A DNA stretch of 32,000 nucleotides from Delftia acidovorans NBRC 14950 (GTDB lineage Bacteria; Pseudomonadota; Gammaproteobacteria; Burkholderiales; Burkholderiaceae_C). Each line of letters begins with the position of its first letter. The stretch's first letter is position 1. Positions 15,600-24,473 of this stretch are shown one piece after another. A program made the translations under genes and the position numbers. The notes beneath the pieces were generated by a model that saw only the letters and a list, made by a program, of their open reading frames with translations, did not search any database and was not told where the DNA came from. Location: positions 210,001 to 242,000 of the forward strand of contig NZ_BCZP01000008.1 in assembly GCF_001598795.1 (NCBI RefSeq), written 5' to 3'.

Positions 15600-16610
15600 A
15601 TGAACATAGTGGTGATTGGCGCAGGCGCCTGGGGCACGGCGCTGGCGATGAGCGCGGCCTCGCGCGGTGACGGGCGTGTCGTGACCCTTTGGGCGCGCGA
15701 CGCCGCCCAGGCGCAGGCCATGCACGGCAGCGGCGAGAACGCACGCTACCTGCCGGGCGTGGCACTGCCTGCCGCGCTGCAGGTGGTGCATGGCGAGATC
15801 GACGGCCATCTGGCGGCCGCCGACCTGATCGTGATCGGCACGCCCATGGCTGCCCTGCGCGAATGGCTGGGCCGGCTGCAGCATGTGCCCGCACCCGTGG
15901 CCTGGCTGTGCAAGGGCTTCGAGGCCGTGCCCGCAGGCGCTTCGGCCGCCGCCCATGGACTGATGGCGCACGAGGTCTGCGCCGAGGTGGCGCCCGATCT
16001 GCTGTGCGGCGTGCTCAGCGGCCCCAGCTTCGCGGCCGAGGTGGCACGCCACCAGCCCACGGCCCTGGTGGCGGCCAGCCGCCATGCCCAGGTCAATGAC
16101 GCCCTGGTGGCCGCCTTCCACGGCGGTGCCATGCGCGTCTATGCCAATGCCGACATCGTGGGCGTGGAAGTGGGCGGCGCCGTGAAGAACGTGCTGGCCA
16201 TTGCCACCGGCCTGTGCGACGGCCTGCAACTGGGCCTGAACGCCCGCGCCGCACTGATCACGCGCGGCCTGGCCGAGATGACGCGACTGGGCCTGGCCCT
16301 GGGCGCACGCACCGAGACCTTCATGGGCCTGTCGGGCCTGGGCGATCTGGTGCTGACGGCCACGGGCGACCTGTCGCGCAACCGCAAGGTGGGCCTGCTG
16401 CTGGCCCAGGGCCGCACGCTGGAGCAGGCCGTGGCCTCGCTGGGCCATGTGGCCGAGGGCGTGTACAGCGCACGCACCGTGCTGGCGCGCGCGCGGCTGT
16501 TGAATGTGGAGATGCCGATCACCGAAACCGTGGTCGAGCTGCTGGACGGCCGGCTGCAGGCGGCCGAAGCCGTGCAGCACCTGATGGCGCGCGATCCGCG
16601 CGGCGAGTGA
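15600..16610 (+). CDS. gpsA: NAD(P)H-dependent glycerol-3-phosphate dehydrogenase
   Basis: [20 protein letters not shown] (Rossmann loop), [40 protein letters not shown]. Confidence 0.93.
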   Translation: MNIVVIGAGAWGTALAMSAASRGDGRVVTLWARDAAQAQAMHGSGENARYLPGVALPAALQVVHGEIDGHLAAADLIVIGTPMAALREWLGRLQHVPAPVAWLCKGFEAVPAGASAAAHGLMAHEVCAEVAPDLLCGVLSGPSFAAEVARHQPTALVAASRHAQVNDALVAAFHGGAMRVYANADIVGVEVGGAVKNVLAIATGLCDGLQLGLNARAALITRGLAEMTRLGLALGARTETFMGLSGLGDLVLTATGDLSRNRKVGLLLAQGRTLEQAVASLGHVAEGVYSARTVLARARLLNVEMPITETVVELLDGRLQAAEAVQHLMARDPRGE

Positions 16611-16622
16611 TTCTTCGGTGTC

Positions 16623-16717
16623 CATGAAAAATGGCCCACACGCTCCCCTTGCTGCGCAAGGTCCACTGCCCCCCGAGGGGGCTTCATCTTGGGGCGGCCC
16701 GGCGATGAAAAAGCCCC
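16623..16717. repeat. Structured intergenic repeat, copy B
   Basis: It is the same element as 8022-8122, with hairpins at 16647-16661, 16668-16682 and 16683-16709. It runs into the left arm of the gpsA/lysA terminator. Confidence 0.85.
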
Positions 16718-16744
16718 GGGGCTGGAAGGCCCCGGGGCTTTTTT
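16708..16744. terminator. Bidirectional terminator between gpsA and lysA
   Basis: The 12-bp stem is AAGCCCCGGGGC (16711-16722) / GCCCCGGGGCTT (16729-16740) with loop TGGAAG. It is flanked by an A-run on the left and a T-run on the right. Confidence 0.85.
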
Positions 16745-16783
16745 GCGTCAGAAATCCTGGCGCCTGGCGCGCTACAGGCCCAG

Positions 16784-18037
16784 TTACAGGCCCAGCTCCA
16801 GGCCCAGCAGTTCCTCCACCGTCTGGCGGCGGCGGATGAGGCGGGCGCTGTCGCCATCGACCAGCACTTCGGCGGCCAGCGGGCGCGTGTTGTAGTTGCT
16901 GGACATGGAGCTGCCATAGGCGCCCGTGTCATGGATGACCAGCAGGTCGCCCACCGAGGCGCCGGCCAGCGCGCGCGGCAGCACCACGCCGCCGTCGCCC
17001 TGGGTGAAAACGTCGCCCGATTCGCACAGCGGGCCGGCGACCACGGCAGCGCGCAGGGGCATGGCCTGGCCGTCGCGGCGCAGCACTTCCATGCCGTGCC
17101 AGCTGCCGTACATGGAGGGGCGCATCAGCTCGTTGAAGCCCGTATCGACCAGCACGAAATGGTTGCTGCCCGCGTTCTTGGTGGCGCGCACCTGGCCCAG
17201 CAGCACGCCCGACTCGGCCACCAGGAAGCGGCCGGGTTCGATCTCCAGGCCCAGCGCATGGCCCACGATGGCCTCGGCGTCCTTGCGTGCCGCATCCCAC
17301 AGGCCGTGGTAGTGGGCGGTGTCGATGGTGGCGTCGCCATCGCGGTAGGGAATGGACAGGCCGCCGCCGGCCGAGATGGCCTGCAGGTCATGGCCTGCCT
17401 GGCGGGTGGCGCGCACCAGCTCGACCATGGCGCCGCAGACCTGCTGCAGATGGCCGTAGTCCACGCCCGAGCCGATGTGCATGTGCAGGCCGGCCAGCTT
17501 CAGGCCGCCGTCGCGGATGGCCTGCAGCGCCGCCAGCAGGTCGCTGTGCCAGATGCCGTGCTTGCTGTGCTCGCCGCCCGTGTTGGTCTTGTTGCTGTGG
17601 CCGTGGCCAAAACCGGGGTTGATGCGCAGCCACACGGGATGGCCGGGCGAGGCCTGGGCCAGCTGGTGCAGCATGTCGATGGAGCCGGCGTTCACGGGCA
17701 CCTTGTGCTCGGCCACGCAGGCCAGCGTGGCCTCGTCCATCACGTCGGCGGTGAACACGATGTCGCTGTGCAGGTCGTCCCCATGGCCGGCCGCGTAGCC
17801 GGCGGCCAGCGCGCGCAGGATTTCGCCGCGCGAGACGGCGTCCACCTTCACGCCCTGCTCGCGCATCAGCCGCAGGATGTGGATGTTGGAGCAGGCCTTC
17901 TGTGCAAAGCGGATGGTGTCGAAGGCCTTGAGCTGGGCGATGCGTGTGCGGATGGTGGCGGCGTCATAGACCCACAGCGGCGTGCCGTGCTGGTCGGCCA
18001 GGGCCCAGAGCTGGGCGGGCGAGAAGGGATTGGACAT
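16784..18037 (-). CDS. lysA: Diaminopimelate decarboxylase
   Basis: MSNPFSPAQLWALADQHGTPLWVYD, PLP-Lys region IRFAQKACSN, HMHIGSG, CESGDVF. The ATG is at the complement of 18035-18037, and the gene is divergent from a lysR-like gene as in E. coli. Confidence 0.93.
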   Translation of the reverse strand: MSNPFSPAQLWALADQHGTPLWVYDAATIRTRIAQLKAFDTIRFAQKACSNIHILRLMREQGVKVDAVSRGEILRALAAGYAAGHGDDLHSDIVFTADVMDEATLACVAEHKVPVNAGSIDMLHQLAQASPGHPVWLRINPGFGHGHSNKTNTGGEHSKHGIWHSDLLAALQAIRDGGLKLAGLHMHIGSGVDYGHLQQVCGAMVELVRATRQAGHDLQAISAGGGLSIPYRDGDATIDTAHYHGLWDAARKDAEAIVGHALGLEIEPGRFLVAESGVLLGQVRATKNAGSNHFVLVDTGFNELMRPSMYGSWHGMEVLRRDGQAMPLRAAVVAGPLCESGDVFTQGDGGVVLPRALAGASVGDLLVIHDTGAYGSSMSSNYNTRPLAAEVLVDGDSARLIRRRQTVEELLGLELGL

Positions 18038-18133
18038 GGTGTCTCTTTCAGGGGAACTGCCGCGCATGATGGCGGATGGGAGTCATTCAGTCCAATGCTT
18101 GTTCTTATGGTGTCTATTTGATTTGGATATGCT

Positions 18134-19069
18134 TTGGCCATGCAAGACCCCGAGCTGCCGCACACGTCTCCCGAACCCCGCATCTCCCACCGCCACCTGG
18201 AGGTGTTTCGCGCGCTCATGCTCAGCGGCAGCGCCACGGCGGCGGCGCAGATGCTGTTCAGCTCCCAGCCCACCGTCAGCCGCGAATTGGCGCGGATGGA
18301 GAGCCTGCTGGGCTATGCGCTGTTCGAGCGTGCCCAGGGCCGGCTGCGGCCCACGGCACGCGCCCTCTCGCTGTGGGCCGAGGTGCAGCGCAGCTGGCAG
18401 GGGCTGGACCGGGTGGTGGAGCATGCGCTGGCTCTGGGGCGGCCGCACCAGGCGCGCATCAACGTGCTGTGCCTGCCTGCCCTCAGCCATGCGCTGCTGC
18501 CCGCAGCGCTGGCGCGCCTGCACGCAGAGCACGGCCCCGTGGCCGTCAGCGTGGCCACGCAGGAGGCGCCGCTGCTGCAGGAGTGGATGGCCGCCCAGCG
18601 CTACGACCTGGGCCTGGCCGAGCTGGCCGAGGCGCCTCCGGGCACGCGTGCCCTTGCGCTGCCCGCCATGGACGAGGTGGCCGTGCTGCCCGCAGGCCAT
18701 GCGCTGGCCGCAAGGCCGGTGCTGGAGGTGGCTGACTTTGCCGGGGAAAGCTTTGTCAGCCTGGCGCGTGACGATCCCTATCGCCAGCAGATCGATGCCG
18801 TGTTCGAGCAGGCCGGCGTGCAGCGCCAGCTGCACCTGGAGACCCACAGCGCCGTGGCGGTCTGCGCCATGGTCCAGCACGGTCTGGGCGTGGCCATCGT
18901 CAATCCGCTGACGGCGCGTGCCTGCGCCGGGCCGCAGCTGGTGGTGCGGCCGCTGGCGTTTTCCATTCCCTTCCAGGTCCATGCGCTGCTGCCGCTGCAC
19001 CGGCCGGCCGTGGCCGAGGTGCAGTGGCTGGTGGACGCGCTCGCCGCCGAGGTGGCCGCGGTCGGCTGA
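18134..19069 (+). CDS. lysR: LysR-type activator of lysA (LysR proper)
   Basis: Blocks HLEVFRALMLSGSATAAAQMLFSSQPTVSRELARMESLLGYALFER..., QRSWQGLDRVV, QEAPLLQEWMAAQRYDLGL and ETHSAVAVCAMVQHGLGVAIVNPLTA match E. coli LysR as I recall it. The start could be 18134 or 18140. Confidence 0.85.
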   Translation: MAMQDPELPHTSPEPRISHRHLEVFRALMLSGSATAAAQMLFSSQPTVSRELARMESLLGYALFERAQGRLRPTARALSLWAEVQRSWQGLDRVVEHALALGRPHQARINVLCLPALSHALLPAALARLHAEHGPVAVSVATQEAPLLQEWMAAQRYDLGLAELAEAPPGTRALALPAMDEVAVLPAGHALAARPVLEVADFAGESFVSLARDDPYRQQIDAVFEQAGVQRQLHLETHSAVAVCAMVQHGLGVAIVNPLTARACAGPQLVVRPLAFSIPFQVHALLPLHRPAVAEVQWLVDALAAEVAAVG

Positions 19070-19081
19070 AGGCGTCAGTGC

Positions 19082-20041
19082 CTAGGCCGAAGGGGTGCGC
19101 ACCATGTCGGCAGGAACGATGGCCTGGGCGCTGCGCTCCAGGCGCTGGCGCAGCCACCGGTGGGCGCTGTCCTCATGGCTGCGCGCATGCCAGACCAGCT
19201 CCACGGGGAAGGACGGAAAGGCAAACGGAAGCGGGCTGATGGCCAGGCCGAACAGCGGCGCATAGTGGCGTGCCACGATGGCCGGCACCGTGGTCAGCAA
19301 CGGTGCGCGTGCCACGGTGGCGAACAGCGTGAGGAAGTTGGATGCCGCGAGCACCGGGTTGATGGCCACTCCGGCCGCCTCCAGCGCATCTTCCAGGTAG
19401 CCGTACAGGCTGTCCTTGGCCGAGATCATGGCGTGGCGGCCAGCCTGGTACTGCGCCATGCTCAGCGGCGCGGCAAACGGCAGCAGGGCCGGGTGGTAGC
19501 AGCAGACCACACCCAGGTCGAACAGTATCTGCCGGCGGTGCCAGCCGCTGCCGCCGGGCAGGTAGCCAATGGCCAGGTCGATCTGCTCGGCATCCAGCGC
19601 GTCGAAGGCCCGCTCGCGGCTGGTGGGGCTGAGCAGCAGCCTCACGCGCGGTGCGGACACGGCCAGGTCGGCAAACAGCTCGGAGACCAGCAGCGATTCG
19701 GACTGGATGGAGATGCCGATGCGGAAGGTGTGTTCATCGGTGGCCGGATCGAAGCTGCGGCGCGACAGCAGCAGCCTCTGCGAGGCCTCCAGCAGCTCGC
19801 GCACCGGGGCGTGCAGTTCGCGGGCCATCAGCGTGGGCTCCATGTGGTAGCCCACGCGCACGAACAGTTCATCGTCCATCAGCAGGCGCAGCGTGGACAG
19901 CGCATGGCTCATGGCCGGTTGCTTGATGCGCAGGCAGGCGGCGGCGCGCGTCACGCTGCGCTCCTGCATCAGCGCGTCGAAAGCCAGCAGCAGGTTCAGG
20001 TCGAAGGAGCGCAGATTGAAATGATCGATGCGAGACATCAT
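19082..20041 (-). CDS. LysR-family transcriptional regulator
   Basis: The N-terminal wHTH is FDLNLLLAFDALMQERSVTRAAACLRIKQPAMSHALSTLRLL, followed by an LTTR substrate-binding domain. It is divergent from the Bug/amidohydrolase pair. Confidence 0.88.
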   Translation of the reverse strand: MMSRIDHFNLRSFDLNLLLAFDALMQERSVTRAAACLRIKQPAMSHALSTLRLLMDDELFVRVGYHMEPTLMARELHAPVRELLEASQRLLLSRRSFDPATDEHTFRIGISIQSESLLVSELFADLAVSAPRVRLLLSPTSRERAFDALDAEQIDLAIGYLPGGSGWHRRQILFDLGVVCCYHPALLPFAAPLSMAQYQAGRHAMISAKDSLYGYLEDALEAAGVAINPVLAASNFLTLFATVARAPLLTTVPAIVARHYAPLFGLAISPLPFAFPSFPVELVWHARSHEDSAHRWLRQRLERSAQAIVPADMVRTPSA

Positions 20042-20060
20042 TCATATCGATTTGTTGAAT
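20040..20060. promoter_or_regulatory. LTTR-box-like dyad ATTCA-N11-TGAAT
   Basis: ATTCA (20040-20044), an 11-nt spacer, then TGAAT (20056-20060). It overlaps the LTTR start codon in the divergent intergenic region, and a second TGAA-T-TTCA palindrome lies ~25 nt downstream. Confidence 0.5.
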
Positions 20061-20160
20061 CAAGACCCGAAACCTACACTGAATTTCAATTTCACGCGGC
20101 CAGTCAGGCACAGGGCGACCCGGTCCGGAAAGACGCCATTCAAGAGCCATACGAGGAAAC

Positions 20161-21138
20161 ATGATCGTGATACACCCCCGCCTCATCCTGCCGGCCCTGG
20201 GCTGCGCGCTGGCCACCGCCGCAGGCGCGCAGGAGCCGCGCTTTCCCATGCAGCCCATACAGATCATCGTCGGCTTCACGCCGGGCGGCTCGGCCGACAC
20301 CACGGCCCGCCTGGTCGGCGACGGGCTGGGCCGCGAGCTGGGCCAGGCCGTCATCGTGGTGAACAAGCCGGGGGCCGGCACCAACATCGCGGCGCAGTTC
20401 GTCGCCAAGGCGCCTGCCGATGGCCATACGCTGCTGTTCGGCGGGACCTCGCTGGTCTACAGCCCGGGCTTGCTGTACCCCTCGATGAAGGCCAATCTGG
20501 CCAGGGACTTCGCCCCCGTGGGCGGCCTGGTCAAGGTGCCCAACATCCTGGTCGTTCGGCAGGACTCGCCGCTGCGCGATGTCCGCCAGCTCGTGGCGCA
20601 GGCCAAGTCCCGACCCGGCGGGGTCAACTACGGGTCCACGGGCGCCGGCGTGAGCCCGCAGATCGCCATGGAGATGCTCAGTGCCCGCGCAGGCATGCGC
20701 ATGACCCATGTGCCGTACAAGGGCACGGCCCCCATGCTCACGGGCATCCTGGCCGGGGATGTGGATGTGGCCTTCGACATCGCCTCGTCCTCGGGCCCCA
20801 TGATCCAGGCCGGCAAGATGCGCGGCCTGGCCGTCTCGGGGGCCACGCGGCTCAAGAACCTGCCCCAGATCCCGACGATCGCCGAATCAGGCTACCCGGG
20901 CTTCGACGTCACTTCCTGGTACGGACTGGTCGCGCCCCAGGGAACGCCCGAGGCCGTCATCCACAAACTCAACGCAGCCCTGCAAAAAGTGCTGGCACAG
21001 CCGGACATCCAGACCACGCTGGCGGCCACCGGCAACGAAGTCATGCCGGGAACGCCGGCCGATTTCCAGGCCTTCCTGGCGGCCGAGCACCGCAAATGGA
21101 ACGATGCCGTCAGACAGCTGGACCTGCGCCCCGAGTGA
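20161..21138 (+). CDS. Bug-family (TctC-like) tripartite tricarboxylate transporter substrate-binding protein
   Basis: Signal peptide LILPALGCALATAAGAQ, then IQIIVGFTPGGSADTTARLV and VVNKPGAGTNIAAQFVAKAPADGHTLLFG, typical of Bug proteins. Confidence 0.88.
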   Translation: MIVIHPRLILPALGCALATAAGAQEPRFPMQPIQIIVGFTPGGSADTTARLVGDGLGRELGQAVIVVNKPGAGTNIAAQFVAKAPADGHTLLFGGTSLVYSPGLLYPSMKANLARDFAPVGGLVKVPNILVVRQDSPLRDVRQLVAQAKSRPGGVNYGSTGAGVSPQIAMEMLSARAGMRMTHVPYKGTAPMLTGILAGDVDVAFDIASSSGPMIQAGKMRGLAVSGATRLKNLPQIPTIAESGYPGFDVTSWYGLVAPQGTPEAVIHKLNAALQKVLAQPDIQTTLAATGNEVMPGTPADFQAFLAAEHRKWNDAVRQLDLRPE

Positions 21139-21146
21139 GCCCAAAC

Positions 21147-22340
21147 ATGAACCAGACCGCAAGACACCAGAAACTGGCCGAGCTGGCCGGGGACATGCCC
21201 GAGATCCGGGCCATCCGCCACCGCATCCACAGCCATCCCGAGATCGCATTCGAGGAGCGCAGCACGGCGGCGCTGGTCGCCGAAAAGCTGGCCGAATGGG
21301 GCTTCGAGGTGGCCACCGGCGTGGGTACCACGGGCGTGGTCGGCACGCTGAGCGCGGGCACGGGCGGCCGCCGAATCGGCCTGCGCGCCGACATGGACGC
21401 CCTGTCCATGCAGGAAAAGACCGGCCTGCCCTATGCCAGCCGCATCGAGGGCAAGATGCACGCCTGCGGCCACGATGGCCACACCGCCATGCTGCTGGGC
21501 GCTGCCCGGTACCTGGCCAGGACGCGCAATTTCTCGGGCACGCTGCACCTGTACTTCCAGCCGGCCGAGGAGCGCGGCCATGACAGCGGGGCCGAGCGCA
21601 TGATCGCCGACGGCCTGTTCGAGCGCTTCCCCTGCGATGCCGTGTTCGGCATGCACAACCATCCGGGCGCGGAGCTGGGGCACTTCATGATGCGCAAGGG
21701 TGCCTTTCAGCCGGCGACGGACAAGATCGCCATCCGCGTCATCGGCAAGGGCGGGCATGTGGCGCGCCCCCATCTCACGGTGGACCCGTCGGTGGTCTCG
21801 GCCAGCATCGTGATGGCGCTGCAAAGCATCGTCTCGCGCAATGTCGATCCCATGCAGACGGCGGTGCTGTCCGTGTGCTCGCTGCAATCGGGGGGCTTCT
21901 ATGGCGTCATTCCCGACGAGGCGCGCATCGAGCTGAGCGTGCGCTGCTTCGATCCCGGCGTGAGGGTACAGCTGCGCGAGCGCATCGAGGCCATTGCCCA
22001 GGGGCAGGCGCAAAGCTATGGCGCCAGCGTGCAGATCGAGCACCAGCAGGGCTATCCGGTGCTGGTGAACACCGGGCGCGAGGTCGATTTCGCCGTGGAG
22101 GTCGCGCGCGAGTTGGTGGGGCCGCAGCGCGTGGACCCGGACTTCGGCCCGATCACGCCGGGCGAGGATTTCGCCTTCATGCTGGAGCGCCGGCCGGGCT
22201 GCTACCTGCGCCTGGGCAATGGCCTGTTCAGCGAGCACTGCCACCCCGTGCACCACCCGCGCTACGACTTCAACGACGACAACCTGCTGACCGGTGCCGC
22301 GTACTGGAGCCTGCTGGTGGAGCGCTATCTGGTGGACTGA
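21147..22340 (+). CDS. M20D-family amidohydrolase (hippurate hydrolase / N-acyl-amino-acid amidohydrolase-like)
   Basis: MNQTARHQKLAELAGDMPEIRAIRHRIHSHPEIAFEE, HACGHDGHTAMLLGAA, FQPAEE. The ATG at 21147 is in frame within the spurious 770-aa track ORF. Confidence 0.88.
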   Translation: MNQTARHQKLAELAGDMPEIRAIRHRIHSHPEIAFEERSTAALVAEKLAEWGFEVATGVGTTGVVGTLSAGTGGRRIGLRADMDALSMQEKTGLPYASRIEGKMHACGHDGHTAMLLGAARYLARTRNFSGTLHLYFQPAEERGHDSGAERMIADGLFERFPCDAVFGMHNHPGAELGHFMMRKGAFQPATDKIAIRVIGKGGHVARPHLTVDPSVVSASIVMALQSIVSRNVDPMQTAVLSVCSLQSGGFYGVIPDEARIELSVRCFDPGVRVQLRERIEAIAQGQAQSYGASVQIEHQQGYPVLVNTGREVDFAVEVARELVGPQRVDPDFGPITPGEDFAFMLERRPGCYLRLGNGLFSEHCHPVHHPRYDFNDDNLLTGAAYWSLLVERYLVD

Positions 22341-22540
22341 GGCCGGGGTTCGGCGGCGGGCTCGGGGGCCAGGCACGGGCCCGGACCCCACTCCATCCAG
22401 TCGTCGCCAAAGATCTCCACCGGGTGCTGTGTGCGGTCCGATCCGTTGCCGCAGGCCAGCTCGTCGCGGGCGCAGTAGCGGTCACAGCCCCAGCAGGTGC
22501 GCTCGGGATGGGCGGGGTGGATGGGGAATTTCTTGGCCAT
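22325..22540 (-). CDS. DUF3079-like small Cys-rich protein
   Basis: MAKKFPIHPAHPERTCWGCDRYCARDELACGNGSDRTQHPVEIFGDDW matches my recollection of DUF3079. Its 3' end overlaps the convergent amidohydrolase 3' end by 16 nt. Confidence 0.6.
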   Translation of the reverse strand: MAKKFPIHPAHPERTCWGCDRYCARDELACGNGSDRTQHPVEIFGDDWMEWGPGPCLAPEPAAEPRPQSTR

Positions 22541-22585
22541 GGCATCCAGCTTGGACCGCCATGGCCGCCAGGGTTTTGCGCTGGA

Positions 22586-23437
22586 TCAGAACTCCAGGTT
22601 GTCGATCAGGCGCGTCTTGCCCAGGCGCGCGGCGCCCAGGGCCACCAGTGGTGCACCGGCCAGTTGCGCGCCCTCGGCGGGGGGCTGCAGGTCACGGCGC
22701 AGGCGCACGGTCAGGTAGTCGGGCTCCCAGCCCTGGGCGGCCAGGGATTGCATGGCCCAGGCTTCCAGTTCGGCCAGCGGCGCCTGGCCCGCACGCGCGG
22801 CATCGGCCAGTTGCTTGAGCGCCAGCGACAGCGCCATGGCCTGCTGCCGCTCGTCGTCGCTCAGGTAGCCGTTGCGCGAACTCAGCGCCAGGCCGTCGTC
22901 GGCGCGCGCCGTGTCGCCGGCCACGATGTTCACGGGCAGGGCGAACTGCTCGACCATGCGGCGGATCACCATCAACTGCTGGTAGTCCTTTTTGCCGAAC
23001 ACGGCCGTTCCGCCGCCGCTGGCGAAGAATACGGCCGAGAACAGCTTCATCACCACGGTGCACACGCCCGTGAAGAAGCCGGGGCGGAAATGGCCTTCGA
23101 GGATGTCGGCCAGCTGCGCATCGGGCTGGATCTTGAAGGTCTGCGGCTCGGGGTAGAGATCGGCTTCGCGCGGGGCGAACAGCAGGTCGCAGCCTTCGGC
23201 CTCCAGCTTGGCGCAGTCGGCCTCCCAGGTGCGCGGATAGCTGTCGAAATCCTCGTGCGGCAGGAACTGCAGGCGGTTCACGAAGATGCTGGCCACGGCA
23301 ATGTCGCCGTGCTGGCGCGCCGCGCGCACCAGGGACAGGTGGCCGTCGTGCAGATTGCCCATGGTGGGCACGAAGGCGGGGCGGCCCTTGCTCGACAGGA
23401 TGGCGCGCAGGTCGGCGATGGAGTGGACGATTTGCAT
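22586..23437 (-). CDS. panC: Pantoate--beta-alanine ligase
   Basis: [20 protein letters not shown] (HxGH), [26 protein letters not shown]. Confidence 0.93.
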   Translation of the reverse strand: MQIVHSIADLRAILSSKGRPAFVPTMGNLHDGHLSLVRAARQHGDIAVASIFVNRLQFLPHEDFDSYPRTWEADCAKLEAEGCDLLFAPREADLYPEPQTFKIQPDAQLADILEGHFRPGFFTGVCTVVMKLFSAVFFASGGGTAVFGKKDYQQLMVIRRMVEQFALPVNIVAGDTARADDGLALSSRNGYLSDDERQQAMALSLALKQLADAARAGQAPLAELEAWAMQSLAAQGWEPDYLTVRLRRDLQPPAEGAQLAGAPLVALGAARLGKTRLIDNLEF

Positions 23438-23487
23438 GGGAAAACCGGGGAACGGGAAAACGGGGAAGCGGGAAGCGGAAAAACGGA
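23438..23487. repeat. Polypurine (plus strand) short tandem repeat between panB and panC
   Basis: GGGAAAACC GGGGAAC GGGAAAAC GGGGAAGC GGGAAGC GGAAAAAC GG, i.e. about six GGGAARC-like units. On the panBC mRNA this is a C/U-rich tract directly abutting the panC ATG, with no SD. Confidence 0.8.
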
Positions 23488-23504
23488 TCGTGCAGCCTGC
23501 CGGA

Positions 23505-24386
23505 CTACCAGGCGTGCTTGCTGTCGTCGGGGAAGCTGCCGTTCTTCACGGCATGCACATAGGCCTCGAAGGCACCCTTGACGCTGCCCGCATCGGCCAT
23601 GAAGTTGTGCACGAAGCGGGCCATCTTGCCCAGGTTCACGCCCAGCATGTCGTGCAGCACCAGGACCTGGCCGGCCGTGCCGCTGCCCGCGCCGATGCCG
23701 ATGGTGTGGCAGTGCGGCAGCTCGGCCGTGAGCTCGCGCGACAGCTGTGCCGGAACCATCTCCAGCACCAGCATGGAGGCGCCTGCATCCTGCAGCTCCA
23801 GCGCATGGCGGCGCAGCGTGGCCGCGCCCTCGTCGCTCTTGCCCTGGACGCGGTAGCCGCCCAGCGCATGCACGGTCTGCGGCGTCAGGCCCAGGTGGGC
23901 GCAGACGGGCACGCCGCGCTCGACCAGGAACTGCACGGTGGGCGCGGTCCAGCCGCCGCCTTCGAGCTTGACCATATGGGCGCCGGCCTGCATCAGCTCG
24001 CAGGCGCTGCGCATGGCCTGCTCGCGGCTTTCGGCATAGCTGCCATAGGGCATGTCGGCGATCAGCCAGGCCGTGCCCTGCACGCGGTGCAGGCCGCGCG
24101 CCACGCTGGCCGTGTGGTAGCACATGTCCTGCAGCGACACGCCCACGGTGCTGTGCAGGCCCTGGCAGACCATGCCCAGCGAATCGCCGACCAGGATGCA
24201 CTCCACGCCGGCCGCATCGGCCACGGCCGCGAAGGTGGCGTCGTAGGCGGTGACCATGGTGATCTTCTCGCCGGCCTCGCGCATCTGCGCCAGGCGCGGA
24301 AGGCTCACGGGGCGGCGCTGGGGCAGCGGCGAGGCCGGAGGGATGGTGCCGTAGGGCGTGCCGGCGGTGACGGGTGCTTGGGTCAT
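23505..24386 (-). CDS. panB: 3-methyl-2-oxobutanoate hydroxymethyltransferase
   Basis: [48 protein letters not shown]. Confidence 0.93.
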   Translation of the reverse strand: MTQAPVTAGTPYGTIPPASPLPQRRPVSLPRLAQMREAGEKITMVTAYDATFAAVADAAGVECILVGDSLGMVCQGLHSTVGVSLQDMCYHTASVARGLHRVQGTAWLIADMPYGSYAESREQAMRSACELMQAGAHMVKLEGGGWTAPTVQFLVERGVPVCAHLGLTPQTVHALGGYRVQGKSDEGAATLRRHALELQDAGASMLVLEMVPAQLSRELTAELPHCHTIGIGAGSGTAGQVLVLHDMLGVNLGKMARFVHNFMADAGSVKGAFEAYVHAVKNGSFPDDSKHAW

Positions 24387-24416
24387 GGGGCGCTCGGAGG
24401 GGGATGGAATTGCCGC

Positions 24417-24453
24417 GAGTCTATGCGATGCGCGCCGGGGGCACCTGTCCCTG
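24417..24453. repeat. Left boundary repeat: 13-bp direct repeat + inward inverted repeat
   Basis: GAGTCTATGCGAT (24417-24429) is followed by GCGCGCCGGG (24430-24439) and then G-GCAC-C-TGTCC. Its partners are at 27318-27357. Confidence 0.6.
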
Positions 24454-24473
24454 AGCTGTCCTTTGCTGTTCCG

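Noticed and set aside
15570-18121. ORFs 15570..16625(-) and 16931..18121(+)
   Set aside because: They are antisense to gpsA and lysA respectively and contain no motifs.
18083-20164. ORFs 18083..19000(-), 17982..18911(+), 18076..18735(+) and 19160..20164(+)
   Set aside because: They are alternative frames or strands of the two LysR-family genes, whose own frames show clear wHTH and effector-domain sequences.
20028-21146. First ~373 codons of the 770-aa track ORF 20028..22340
   Set aside because: This stretch is out of frame over the Bug gene, which has a clean signal peptide and family motifs in its own frame. Only the part from ATG 21147 (the M20D amidohydrolase) is credible.
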